64,000 nt of DNA from Podarcis cretensis. Taxonomy: Eukaryota. Each line of letters starts with the position of its first letter. Position 1 is the stretch's first letter. This document shows positions 48,023 through 61,355 of the stretch, piece by piece. The stretch is taken from NCBI GenBank assembly GCA_951804945.1, contig OX638162.1, forward strand, positions 36,828,001 through 36,892,000, given 5' to 3'. Position numbers and translations under genes: made by a program. The notes below the pieces were generated by a model that was given only the letters and a program-made list of their open reading frames with translations, was not told where the DNA came from and did not search any database.

Positions 48023-50278
48023 CAATATATAAAGAGGAGGTGCAGCTGGGTTGGGAGAGGCCAGGGCTCAACGTAGGACTAAGAGCTGCTGCCTTTGAGG
48101 GCTAAAGGGAGGAGGAGGCTGTAGCAAACCAGACCTATCAGTTAATCTTGAAGAGGGAACTGCTTGCAGGGTATGTGGGAAAGCTACTGATAAGAGAAGC
48201 GAAGTTAACGCCATAAATATGGGACAGAATTGTGAGGGGTTCTGCGACTAGAAAAGGGCAGGCAAATGCAGTGCTTGCTATGTGTGATGCAAAGAGTCTC
48301 AGGCTTTCTCCTGGAGGACCCCACCGGGACCACTTCATGCAGTAGTAGAGCTCTGAGGATAACACTGAACGTAAACAGAGCTCTAAAAACTGAGAGGAAG
48401 GCAGTGAGTAATCTCATAGCTGCCAAAAAGAAAGAAAGAAAGTTGCTCTGTATATTTTTGAAAACCTTTGATCCGTACATCTTTTAAAAGATGAATGAAA
48501 TAATAGGTAGTCGTACAGTGGGGAGAGAGGGATGAGCAGGGAGTGGGAGATGGGGTGGGAGACTGTCCTCCTTTAGTGAGCAGTATCAATATAAAATGCA
48601 TTACTAGTGCTGGAGCTGAATCCTCGGCTCAAATTAAGCCCCAGCGCAGTGATAATGCTGGGAAGACTCAACAGAGGTAGGGCTGGACAGTGCCTGTGGT
48701 CTCTTTCTGCTGGTATTGGGGATGATGGCTTAGCTGCAGGAAGAACGATGGGGACATTAGAATCAGAGGCCGCTTCTTCGGCATCACACATTCCTGTTTC
48801 TCCAAGCCACAAACTAGAGGAATATTGTTGCTTGGCGGTGGCTGGTGCCCATTGGGACTGGTGGGGCAGAAGGCAGGGAGGTCAACAGTAGGTGGCGCCA
48901 GAGCTAATGGCTGGCAGAGCCAACTAGTTCTACTTTTACCCCCATCTTCCTGCCTGCTGGGTTCTACAAGGGCAACACAGGAGGGGGAAGTTGACAGGCA
49001 GTGCCACCTGCTGGACTGGTTGTAAGAAAGAAGGCAGGCACGTGAAGGCTGGCTGAGGGCAGACTGAGGTTGCCCTAATGGACCTGCCACCACAAAACCG
49101 TAATGAGAAGGCCACCAAAACACCATGAATAGGAAATGGCACAGTGTGTAGTAAAATATCTGGGGCTGGCCCAGAGCAATAGGTCAGCTATCATCAACCT
49201 GGCACACTCCAGGTGTTTCAAACTACAACTCCCATCAGCCCCAGCCAGCGCCAGGCGGGGAGGGCGGCAATAGGCAGTGCAGGTGGTTGCTTTGGGTGTT
49301 GGACTTCCAAGCGAGCCAGGTTAATTCGGGCAAAAGCCACTAGGGGGAGCTTAGACTCCTGCCTGGGTTGCGTGTACCATTTGCAACATCCCCTTTCTCT
49401 GCCTCTGAAGAACAGGACGCAACAGGTGATCAGCATCCATTCCTGCCCCTTTGCTTGTCCCGCCTGGGTGGAAAAAGGAAACAGGGCTGCAAACACCTGG
49501 AAAACCTGCAAGGAGGGCACACACTTGCCCCATGCAACAAGATGCAAGAAGAGAGGCAGAAAAAGTCTTCTGAGCCCTCCCTGAAAAATCCCTCCTCTCA
49601 TTTCTGCAGAAACACGGCACAAATCATGGCTTACATCCCTCAGTGCAATCCTAAGCATGCTTAGTCTGAAGTAAGGCCCACCATGTCCAACAGGTCTTAC
49701 TCCCAGGTAAGGGTGCACAGGACTGCCACCGTGGCGACTTGGGTTAGCCTGCGGACACACACTTGCACCATCCAGTGAAATTGGAAGTAGCTTCTCTTTC
49801 TACCATTCCCCAAAAGGAGAAGGAGAGAAGCCTTCGCTGTTTGGAGGCGAGCTTCCTCCCTTTCCTTCCAAAGCAGTGAATCGGCCAGAAGGGTGTGTGT
49901 GTGTACAGGTGCTAGAGTGAGCGGCAATGGCAAGCGAGCATTGCTCATCAATAAAGCAGCGGCTCTAGCTATCCCGACAGGAGATCCCACCACCAGGATA
50001 CAACACGTCCTAGCTGCTTCAGAGATGCCTGTCCAGATCCTGTAGATCCTGTGCCTCTTTGGGGTGGATCTCCATGGTAGCTTGCAGCAGGGGTAGGTGG
50101 ATAGTTGGGAGTGGAGTGCCTGAGTTATTGAGGTTGCCCTCCAGCACCCAAGGGCCAACAGAGCCCCAAAAGGACTTTGAAAAGCTACCAAGCAATGTTT
50201 AAAAAGAAGTCAAGGATCATCAAGCAATGGCCAGCCCGATCCTTGACGCAGGAGAGGGCAGGGCAATAGACTCTGGAG

Positions 50279-50697
50279 TAGGGATGGGTAAACCTATCCA
50301 TTTTGGTTTCTCAGTTTCCCAGTCTTAAACTGAGTTCTCCACATTTCCACACTGGTTGGCGTCTCTTCCATTAAAAAGCCTTCATGAAAACTCACCAGTA
50401 TTTTCTTTAGTGTGAATTCTTCCTAATATACACTTTTTTTTTTTTTGCAAAGCAGTTTTCCTTGCTTTAATGAATTTTCCTACGCTATTTTCACTAACAA
50501 ATGCATTGTTATGCACTCTTCACCCCAGTATATGCATATTTAATTTGCACATTTACTTGGCTGTGGAACTGCATTGCAAAATTCAGAGAAGTGCGAAGGA
50601 GGGCCGTAGTTTTGGTTTGCGTATCATTACAGAAAGTGTGGATTAGGTAGATTCGTATTCGAACACAAACTGAATCGAATCTCTCCCTCATCCCCTA
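50279..50697. mobile_element. hAT-like non-autonomous element (TAGGGATG...CATCCCCTA); partial relatives at 43468-43640 and 52732-53030
   Basis: Shared body CAGTTCTCCACATTTCCACA...CATGAAAAC; terminal inverted repeat. Confidence 0.55.
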
Positions 50698-52241
50698 CTC
50701 CGCATTGCCCACTTCGGTTGGCAGGATTGCGTAAGGAAAGGAAGGAACTGGTGTGTAAGGGGGTGGTTTGCGGGAGGTTCAGGGAAGGAGATGCCTCCAT
50801 CTCCACTGGGCGGAAGCAGAAGACACAGCTGAAAAATCCCTGTGCATCAGTAAATGGAACGTGGATGGAAATACAAAGCCACGCCAGCTTTACACTGGAA
50901 CAGACAAGCCGAGCCCGGGGTCAAGGCTGCTGCCCACAGCCCTGCCCAAGACGAAGCAAAATCCAGAGTCTACCTTACCACAAGACGGAAGCAAGCGAGC
51001 ATGCAAAAGCTGCGGGTTTGTTCCGAAGAGAGGAAGAAGAGAAGAAGGAGAAAAAACCCTTCATCATTAGCAAAATAATAATAATAATATTTTTTTTAAA
51101 AAAAACCCAGAGGGAGGCAGATGGCTGTCTGCCAAGCATGGCATGACCTCAGGGTCAGCCAGGATTGTTCAGGTGACTGTTTGTTAAATCCATTTCCTGG
51201 GAAACATTTGCTCCTTGGTTTGCTCTCTTCATGTGAAGATGACTTACAGTCAAAACACCAGCTTTTGCCTGTGGGAGCACCCATCCACCCCGGTCTCCCA
51301 AGAGTCACGGGGACCAGGCTTTCTTTCACAGCGTTGATCGGTTTGCTTATTCTATCATTTTCTTCCCTCCCTTGTCTCCTCCTATAAACACTTCATTGCA
51401 GCGTCCCATTCTTGGAATCCAGAGGTGGAACCCAACACGCATCCGTAATCGCTCCATTATTCATCCTTAATTGACCTTCCTCTATCTCTTTTCTTCAGCT
51501 TTCCACCTCTACCTCGAATGACGCCGACTGTTTCAACCGAAGGCTCGGCCATCCAGAATCCATACCTGGGAAGGCCATCAAGGGGGTCTCTCTCCCCTTA
51601 TTCTTGCATTACAACCCACCCAAGACTGGGCAGGGGGGACACAGGCGAACCTCTACCCACCAGCACTTGGCCAGAAACCACTTTTGATCCAGCACTGAGC
51701 AGCAGCAGCTTTTGCCACCAACTTGCCAATCTGCCACAGCGGTTTCTTGTTTCTTTCCATATACCACTTTGTTTGTTTTTCATTTGTGTTTTTGTTTTTT
51801 TTGTGTTTTTGTTTTTTTTAAGCATCATTATTTTTTTTCAAAAATTAAGATTTCAGGACAGATCACTACAAGGAAGACGGGAGGTGATGGAGGCATGGGG
51901 ATTTTACAAACTTGAGGAGGGATTTCTTCCAAGTTGCCACTGCCACGGCTTCATGGGACGTGGACGCACATGCAAAGTGCGCTGGTCATTCATACGCACG
52001 ATCTAACTCTTGGCTTATGATTTGCCACACGTTGTGTTGATCTCTCTCTCTCTCTCTCTCTCAGTGTACATGTGAGTGCATGTGTGGTTTATAAGTCACA
52101 GCATCTCTCCCGGAAAAGAAAATATATATATAGATATATTAAATGAATAAATAAAACCATGACTCTGATTGGTTGGTCAGTGCTGGGTTGGGATTGGAGG
52201 ACCTGGCTCCAGACGATGGTCAGATTCTTCCAGGGTGTGGC

Positions 52242-52390
52242 TTACTCGATCACCATGCAACGGGGCAAGTGTTGGGAAAAATATTTGAAAAGCTCTGGAG
52301 TGGCCCCTGGACAATTCGTCAACTCGAGTTCTTCTAAGTCTTGAAGCTGGACGAGGCCCGAGAGCCCAGTTGTGGTCAGGAGAGGACAGC
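52242..52390 (-). CDS. FBXL16: FBXL16 last coding exon
   Basis: [11 protein letters not shown]...CMVIE, TAA at 52242-52244. Confidence 0.95.
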
Positions 52391-55300
52391 CTGGAAAGAC
52401 CAAAATCAGAGAGCACCCCATGAACAAGAAACAACTCATTCATATGACCACAACTTACAGCAAGCAAGGCTAACAATGGTCACATTCACACGTCACATTT
52501 AAAGCACTCTGATACCACTTTTAATAGCCCCCTGCAAAGTGGGATTAACTGTGAAACCACTCTGGGAAGTGTAGTTCGAGGAAGGGAACAGGGGCCTCCT
52601 AACAACACTCAGCAGCTCCCAGAAATCTTTGGGGGAAGCCATGCCTGTTCAAAGTAGTGTCATAGTGCTTTACATGTGTGGTGTTAATGTGGCCTCAGAA
52701 GTCATCCCCATTGAATTCAGCTGAAGCTAACCTAGGGACACGCAAATTCGTTAGTTTCGGTTTCTCTCGGTTTCTCATTTCTCTAGCCTCAAGTTCAGTT
52801 CTCCACATTTCCACACTAGTTCATGATTCTTTTAAAAAAGTTAGCATGAAACTGCATCAGTATTTTAGTGCAAATTTATCCTAATATACACATTTTATGC
52901 AATTTGGCCGGTTACACATTTTTGTATGCCATTTCCTTGAACACAATGCATTTTTATAATATTATTTTCACAAATATAAGTGTTTTAATAGACATTTTAC
53001 CTCAGTTGTATGCATTTTTGTGCACATTATTATCGTTCTCATGAGGCAATGTAGCCCTTAGGCCAGGCTTCCTCAACCTTGGCCCTCCATATGTTTTTGG
53101 CCTACAACTCCCATGATCCCTAGCTAGCAGGACCAGTGGTCAGGGATGCTGGTAATTGTAGTCTCAAAACATCTGGAGGGCAGAGGTTGAGGAAGCCTGC
53201 CTTAGGCAGAAAAGGGTTTCCCGGCTCTGAAGTAAAATGACCAAAGAAATGAGTATTATCAATTCCCTTTTGCCACTTTCAGCTCTCTGGGGAGAGGGTG
53301 AGGTAGTGTGTAATCCCTAGCCAAAGTTTCCCTTATTTCCCTTTTGCCCTGCCCCCACCCCACAAAAAAGAATGTGGTGACAGTGTTTGTATGAATGAGT
53401 TCTCAGCAAAGTGGTGGGTTCAAATGGATTCATGACATGCATCAGAAAATTTCCCTTTAGTTTGGCTCTCACCAGCAACAGACAAAAGGCGTAAACTTCT
53501 CATTCCCAGCAGATGCTTCAGGCCAAAATCTTGAACCTGAAACAGGAGAGAAGGAGGGAGGGTTTGTGAGCCTGAATTGCTATTACTTGAGAAGCAAGTG
53601 GGTTAAGTCTGTTAACTATGCTCGTTTTTAAGACCTGAAGTCTTGCTAATATGGGGGTATTCTATTGGCACGGGTGCCGACTGTGAAATGACCTTAGCTG
53701 TCAACTTTTCCCTTTTCTTGTGAGGAATCCTATTTGGAGTAAGGGAATTTCTCTTTAAAAAAAGGGAAACGTTGACAGCTATGGAAATGACCTTTCTAGA
53801 GAAGTCTGGGGCAACCTTTGGCCCTTCAGATGTTGCTGAACTACAGCTCCTATCAGCCCTGGACACTGGCCATGCATGCTGGGGATTATGGGAGTTGTAG
53901 TTCGGTAACAACTGGAGAGCAGAAGGTTCCCTACACCTGGTCTAGGCAGACATAATGGTGGCCTTGAAAGGTCTGAATGGCTGTTAAGCGGAAGATGGAG
54001 CAGACCGGTTCTCTGCAGATGACAACATTAGGTAGATGACAACATACTGCAGATGACAACATTAGGAGAAACTTCCTGATGGCTAGAGCTGTTCAGCAGT
54101 GGAACACTCTGCTTCAGGAAGCAGGGGGCTCTCGTTGACTTGAGATCTAGCAGCAAAGGCCTACCCAAAGATACAGCAGTTGCATCCTGTATTGTAGTTC
54201 TTACACTGAGAAAGAAATTGGACCAGATGACCAACTCTATCTCTGTCCGTATTTTCATCAACGAAATATTGGAGCGGTGGAGGCCAGTCCATTTGGGAAA
54301 ATAGGGCACTGTCCCACCAGCCTCAGTCTGCCCTCAGCCAGCCCCCACCTGTCTGCCTTCATACCTACAGCCCATCCAAGATGTGGCACTAGCTGTCAAC
54401 TTCCTCCTCCTTAAGTCTCGGTGGTTGCCCTTGTAGAACTCAGCAGGGAAAAGGATGGAGACAAAACTAGAATTAGTTGGCTGTGCCTGTCATTGGCTCT
54501 GGCTAGTCCCAATGGGCACCAGCCATCACCGTTGTCAGTCCTTCAAATAGAGGACTCACCTCCCCAAAGGTGAGGCTCCAGGACAAGCTGAAGCTCCAGA
54601 ATATTGTCATTTGCCCACTGACCTGGCAGCTGCCACCACTTGCCAGCTGTTGGGGGAGAGAGCAGGAAGCAGGAATTGCTTAAAGGGAGACCCCTGGAAT
54701 CTTTCCCACCTCCCCAACCTCTTTATAGCCTCTGCCAACAGATTGAAGGAACTAGGCTGTTCTTTCCCCATTACCAGAGGATTCTTGGGGTCTGCCCAAG
54801 AGATTTTGCCCCTTGAAGACAAGGTGGCATCCCACCCTGCTTTCCACACACAGAAGCTGGCTAGAGCTGCTATTGAATTGTACTTCAAGCCTAACAAAGA
54901 AAGTCATGTCAGGGGGAGAGCTGCCCCTGCTGCCCCTCAACATTTGCCGCCAGAGGCACTTGCATCAGTCTATTAGTAGGGCCCGCCCTATCTATTACCT
55001 ACCTGGCAGCACCAACGGAGGTATAAGTTCCTAAGAGATGACATGGTGGACAAGTAACTGAGCCCGGTATCTGTGATCCGCACACACCTGCAGAAGAGTT
55101 GGGAAAATCGCAACTGTTAGGAGGAAAGCATGAGCAATAGGAGCAAGGGGAAAGGGGGAACTTCTCAACTGCCCAGTCCCTTTTTATTACTGATATAAAG
55201 TAGCAGTATAATTGATGTTTTTAAATGCCTTTTTTATGCTGAGATGAGTAATGTATGGATTCCATATTTTGAGAGCTGGAATATTAGAAAATGTACCATA

Positions 55301-58300
55301 ATACAAATAATAAAATAAAATAAAATAAAATAAATAATTCTATATAATCTACATCTATCTTTTGAAGAGTTGTTTCTCTGTTTGCTCCGTGTCTGGACAG
55401 CTCTTAATATATCCTAACCCAATTTTGCAGGATGGATTCTTCAATCAAGGAGCAGGTTTCATCTGTGTTTGGATAAAGTTGGAAGCCATTTGGAATCAAG
55501 ATGGTGGGCCACACCTTTCAAAACTGTACTGATCTTAACAACTGATTTCAAAACTGAATCAATATTTTCCCCCTTAGAATTCCCTAGCGAAGCCAAATAT
55601 GAGGCTGCCAGTGTGATATAATTCAATAGATTTTATTTATATGATGTATGATGCTGTTGATGAATATAATACCTATATGTACTAAGTACTGTATGTGCTG
55701 AAATACTGTATGCACCATATTTTTTAATATTAGTAATACTAGATACAATTTTTAAAAAGCTGGAGCAGCAGGTATTGGGGGGGGGGAGAAAGCAGGGGAC
55801 CTTTTGATGGTACAGTTTCTAAAACCATCAGGTTGTATCAAATGTTAGTTCTACTCAGAGTTATGTCCATTCATTGTAACGAGTGTACTCTGAGTAAAAC
55901 TTAGTTGGCTACACTCCAGCCTTTCCAAATGTGTTGCCATGAAAACCTGGGCAATGTGCATTTTAAAACAAATTGACACCACATTTTTAATGAAACACCA
56001 ATAAAATGAACAGCAGCAGTTGTCAGAGGACCAAACTAGACTAGGCATTAAATGCATGTATGCATTGCTATGCATTTTGTACTGGAAGGAAGGAACCTGG
56101 GAGATGGGGCGGGGTGTGTGTGTGTTTCTCGGTGACATCAGAGCGGACAGCCAATCAGTGCTGTGAAGCTTTCAGAACTGTGTCGGCCAATCCTCTTCAT
56201 AAGAGCTCCATTCTGGAGAGGCACAAGTGCATTTTGAGCTGACTACTTAGAAGACATCTCCACATCCAGAACAGCTTCCGGATGAGGACTTAAATCTGGA
56301 GACAGGTCTTGGAGAAATTGCACATGGGTTATTGCCAAAAGGCTTTTTTAAAATCAGATTTTCTTCTACAAAGGTAAATCCAGATTAACTTGGTGGCGAG
56401 GGCATACAAAAGTTGGTATTTTGATGCCAACGACGCCATGTGGACACTGGCATGATTAAGGAGCACCCATCACCCCAAAACAGGTCTCTTCCAAGTGTCC
56501 TTTTTATTGTGCATTCATGATGATTTGTGCTCATGATGTTTGTGGGGTGGTCACACGTGACCCTAAATTCATGACTGGTTGCACCCGTAGAACCTTTGGG
56601 GCAGCCATACTGCTTCATTTCCAGGTAGCGCATCTCCTGCAACTTCCTTGTTGGCTTTGCTCTGCTTCCATAGTCAGAGGCATTGTGCTCCTGAATACCA
56701 GTTTTCGGAAGCCTCCAAAGAGGAGGATGCTCTTGTCCTGCTCAAAAGTTCCCACAGGCATCTGGTAGGCCACTGGGGGAACAGGATGTTGGACTTGGAC
56801 CACTGGTCTCATCTAGCATTTATTCTTATGTTCATAGGAGCATTGGCCTCTGCCTTACTCCAAGTCAGACAACTGGTCCATCTAGCTCAGTGTTGTCTAT
56901 ACTACCTAGCAGAGACTCTCCAGGATCCAAGACAGGGTTGTTCCCTATCTGGAGATGCCACAATGTTCTGGAATGGGTGGGGAGGTGTTGCCTCACTTTT
57001 GTTCCACTTCTGTACAGGAATAATTTGGTAGCATTGGAAAAGCACCGCAGAACAGCTAAGCAAGCAGAATAAACTTACCACAAATGCCCTATGATTGTGT
57101 CAAGCACATGTTGCGGAATACACACACTATAGTCTGGAGAGACCCACAGATTCTCTGCATGTGCTAGGATAACTCACAAGGGGGCAGCATGGAATTAGAG
57201 AAGCTTCACTGACTGTGCGGTCCCTAGGCTGAGGGGAGGGCCTTTCCGGATGCCCAGAGATCAGAAGCTACAAGCACAACTGGTACCTGAAGTTATGGTG
57301 GGGAAGCAGCTGAGATAATTAGTGCCTTGGCATAACTGGAGCCAGCCTGGTGCAGTTGTTAGGATGCCAGGCCAGGACACAGAAGAAGAGGGTTCAAATT
57401 AGCCCTGAAGCTCATTGGTGGGCTTTGGGCCAGTCAACATCTCTCAGCCTCACCTACCTCACAAGGTGGTTATGAGGATAAAACAAGAAGTATATAGTCC
57501 ACCATGAGCTTATTGGAGGAAAGGTGGGCTAGAAACATAATCTCATATAAAGACGTTGCACCAGCAGGGTCATCTACAGCAGCAAGTGGAAATGAGCCAC
57601 AGGTGTTTGGAGATCAAGGCGAGAACATTGTTCCTTGAGGCACTGCAGTTCCCTGGAAACCCCTTGGTCTCATGGTGACCAAGCTGCATTGCAGGCAGAT
57701 AGACAGCTGCCTCATTGTATCGATCAGGCTACTGGTCCACCTAGCTCAGTACTTGTCTACAATGACTGGCAGTGGCTCTCAAGGGTTTCAGGCAAGAGGG
57801 CATTCCCAGCCCTAACTGGAGATGTTGGGAATTGAATCTGAGACCTTGTGCATGCTAAGCAGGTGCTCTACCCCTGAGCTATGGGCCACCCCTGGTCCCC
57901 ACCTTGCCTGCTCTGACTCTGCCCTATCAGCAAATGTCTCTGCTGCAATCAGCTTCCCCTGAGCCTTGAGTTACGAGGGGAGAAACTGCTGCACAGACGT
58001 CTTTCCTTGTTTTGCCCCTCTGGAAATAGGCCCAGCCCATTTTAAACCGCACCATTAGCTTCTAACCCTTTCAGCGGTTCTCAACCTGTGGGTCCCTAAA
58101 TGTTGTTGGACTACAACTCCCATCATCCCTGAGTTCTGGCCTTGCTAGCTAGGGATGATGGGAGTTGTAGTCCAACAACATCTGGGGACCCACAGGTTGA
58201 GAACCGCTGCAGATTGTTGTGTGTCTGTGCTAGAATCAAGCCCTAGGGTTGTAGGAAGCCATTCAGGATTCTAGGTGGGCGGTAGAAGCTGAATCCTCCT

Positions 58301-59169
58301 TCCATCAAACACTGGTGGGCAGTAAGGAAATTTTACCATCAAGAAAGATGCATTAGTGGGCAGTAGGTATAAAAGGTATAAGAAGGTTGACTACCCCTGG
58401 TCTACACTAACCAGCAGCAGATTTCCAGGCTTTTCAGACAGGGGAAATATTCCTACCTGGAGGTGATGAGTATCAAACCTAAGACCTTCTGCATGCCAAG
58501 CAGGTGCTCTACCACTAATCTATATGGCCTGGTTCCTGAGCTCAGCCGAGGCCTGGCAAGATACTTCTCCACTGCTGCATAGCCATTTCTCGGCAGATCA
58601 CGCTTCAATCCTCCATCCCAACCTTTGTGAAACTTCAAGAGGGCTCAGTTCTCCACCTACCTATCAAGGACCAGCTCCTCCAGCTTGTGCAGGTCACAGG
58701 CAATGTACTCCAAGGCCATGTCTGTGATCCGAGGACACCATGACAGGTCCAAGCTTCGGAGTTTGCGGAGGTTCTCTGCCACCAGCTCCACACCATCGTC
58801 CGTCACCTTAGAGCAGCCAGAGAGGCTGAGGACACTCAGGTTAGGGAGGCTGTGTACCATGTTGACCACCCCGTGGTTTGTGATCTCCCAGCAGGAGTTC
58901 AGGCGGAGCGTGTGGGTTGTGTAACCCTGCTTGGCAGTGAAGTAGGCTAGGGCCGTGTCCGTCACATGATAGGCCTGGAGATTCAGCTCGGTCAAGTTGG
59001 GCAGCAGCTGGGAGATGGCGGCAATGGCGTCGTCGGCCACGTTGATGCAGTCGCTGACGCTCAGGGAAGTGATGCGGGCATTCAGGCTCGACCAGAGGCC
59101 AGCTTCGGTGAAATCATTACAGCCGGACAGTTCCAGCCGCAACACCCCTTGCATCTGTTCCAGCATGAC
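52242..59169 (-). CDS. FBXL16: FBXL16 (F-box/LRR protein 16), 3' partial: exons 58661-59169, 55003-55087, 53473-53536, 52242-52390; N-terminal exon lies right of the window
   Basis: [29 protein letters not shown]...[72 protein letters not shown]...HLPRCMVIE* matches recalled human FBXL16; phases consistent. Confidence 0.96.
53064..53199. mobile_element. Palindromic hAT MITE
   Basis: TIR CAGGCTTCCTCAACC/GGTTGAGGAAGCCTG; TSD CCTTAGGC (53056-53063, 53200-53207). Confidence 0.88.
53473..53536 (-). CDS. FBXL16: FBXL16 penultimate exon (64 nt)
   Basis: [24 protein letters not shown] acceptor, GTGAGA donor; absent from the ORF track. Confidence 0.93.
53693..53783. mobile_element. hAT-type MITE (same family as 10435-10522)
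   Basis: TIR C(T/A)TAGCTGTCAAC; perfect TSD GAAATGAC (53685-53692, 53784-53791). Confidence 0.82.
55003..55087 (-). CDS. FBXL16: FBXL16 exon (85 nt)
   Basis: [31 protein letters not shown] acceptor, GTAGGT donor; absent from the ORF track. Confidence 0.93.
58072..58209. mobile_element. Palindromic MITE forming a 59-bp near-perfect hairpin
   Basis: Arms 58072-58130 and 58151-58209 differ at only 2 positions. Confidence 0.85.
58661..59169 (-). CDS. FBXL16: FBXL16 LRR exon (509 nt)
   Basis: TTCTCAG acceptor, GTAGGT donor, AMN1-type LRRs ([14 protein letters not shown]). Confidence 0.96.
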
Positions 59170-59324
59170 CTGAGAAAAGGAAAACACAGATTTCATTTTG
59201 GGGGAGGGGATCATAGAGTGGCAAAGCTGGATAGGACATTAGAAATCGTCTAAGCCAGGGATCAGCGGGCATCAGGCTTGTGGGTGGAGACAGAGGTGTC
59301 GTAGTCTGAGGTCACCTAGGGTTA

Positions 59325-59678
59325 GGTAAAGGTAAAGGTACCCCTGACCATTTGGTTCAGTCGTGACCGACTCTGGGGTTGCGGCGCTCATCTCGCTTTA
59401 TTGGCTGAGGGAGCCGGCGTACAGCTTCCGGGTCATGTGGCCAGCATGACTAAGCCGCTTCTGGTGAACCAGAGCAGCGCACGGAAACGCCGTTTACCTT
59501 CCCGCCGGAGCGGTACCTATTTATCTACTTGCACTTTGACGTCCTTTCGAACTGCTAGGTTGGCAGGAGCAGGGACCGAGCAACGGGAGCTCACCCCGTC
59601 GTGGGGATTCGAACCGCCGACCTTCTGATCAGCAAGTCCTAGGCTCTGTGGTTTAACCCACAGCACCACCTGCATCCC
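59325..59678 (-). mobile_element. Sauria SINE, full length
   Basis: tRNA-like head GGGATGCAGGTGGTGCTGTGGGTTAAACCACAGAGCC..GGTTCGAATCCC, (ACCTTT)n tail, TSD CACCTAGGGTTA (59313-59324, 59679-59690). Confidence 0.92.
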
Positions 59679-61355
59679 CACCTAGGGTTAAAGACCTGTT
59701 AATATTTCTCCAGCAGGGTCTCTGGCTCCAGCATCCTAGAGCCGTCCAATCAATAGGAAGGGGAGCTTTTTAGCCAGTGAGAAGAGGTCTTCCTGTTACT
59801 TTGTGCTGATTGGAGCCAATCAGAGTGGGAGGAGGTGAGCGGCCCAAAGTAATGGCTGAGTGGGGATTGGAACCCTTGTCTCCCAGGTCTGACACTCAAC
59901 TACTATGCCACACTGGCTAAGCAACATTGGGAGGGCCAAAGGTTCCCCACCCCCCTGCTCTTTTGAACCAAGTGGTGCTTACTCTCAAGCAGACACATGT
60001 AGGTGCGTACTGCAAATTACCTACAAGGTATGTGTACTTGGAAGTAAGTCCCACTGAGTTCAAAGGTGCTTCCTCTGATGCAACTGTACAATAGTATTGC
60101 AACTTTCACCCACCCCATGCACTCTGAAAGAGAGAGAAAAAATGAAGAGAATCACACTCTACAGATGCTCAAGAAACTGAATTTCCTTGAATTCCATTGG
60201 GAATAGACTTGATCTGCGCATTCCGACCTTATCCATGGATTGGAATGAAATTATTCTCCAGATTTTGCACTTCTCTGAATTTTGCAAGACACTCCTCAGA
60301 TCCCAACAGTTATTTAAATTGCCAACAAGCCAACTATTATTTAATTTGCATATTTTAGGGTAAGATAGGTTTAGAAAAGCATACACCTAGAGACAGCTTT
60401 TTGGGAGGTGGTGCTCCTAGGAATTAATTTAATAACAAAACAAAATTTGATACCAAGCCCTCCGTAAGAATTACTGGGGATATGAGAGGGGCCAAATGAA
60501 GATGATTTGGTTAAAGAATTGACTCTGTATCTTTCTCTTAAGAATTGATTCTGTATGTAGTGTTAGCTGCTAGGATGGTTATCACAAGAAAATGGAAATA
60601 TTTAGAGGAGTTCAATAAGGATTTATAGTGTAGTCAAATCTGGTCCATAGCTGTTGCTGAAAAACTAATTCAAAAATTAAGGTATACTAGAGGACAATCA
60701 GAAAAAGATTCAATTTCAACTAAGTGGCAAAAATATATATGATAACAACATTCAAATGCCTCCTGTGAATTATGCTACTGTCTGGAACTCTTTGTAACAT
60801 TCAGCTTTCCTGATATTTATGAAAAAAAGTAAACTTTTTAAAAAAGTTACTACCCTGCAACACCAAGAATACCCACCCCCCAGGAATGTGATTAAAATTA
60901 ACTGAATTTATACTTTGTGCGTGCATGTGTTTAATTTTCATTTTCATTCAATTGAATTGTTTTTCTGCATTTATTTATGCTTGTCTATTATCGAAGTATA
61001 TGTAATTGTTTAAATAAGCAAAACTGTGATAAAAGGAATGAAGGAAGGAAGGCAGGCAGTCAGGCATATTGTGGGATAAAAAATATTTTTAAGCATGCAT
61101 TTCATGGGAAGATATGCCTTTAGATAGGATTTTCTCTGCATGATTTTTTTTTAAAGTAAGTAATCAAAGCTAAATGGGGCAGAAGGGCTTACAGAGGTGC
61201 ACTACCATAAACACCCATCCACCCTTACCTCTCACCCCATCAGCCTGCTCAGTTCTTTCTGTGGATCGGGGCTCTCTTTTGCCCAGGCTGCTCAGCTCCT
61301 GTAGGCCACCTCTGCTCTGCTTGTCTTTAGACCCTCCCCTTTATTAAAATAACAG

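Noticed and set aside
49218-51146. Several 120-180 aa ORFs downstream of FBXL16
   Set aside because: No domain, no consistent splice structure, partly overlapping TEs; more likely 3' UTR or intergenic sequence.
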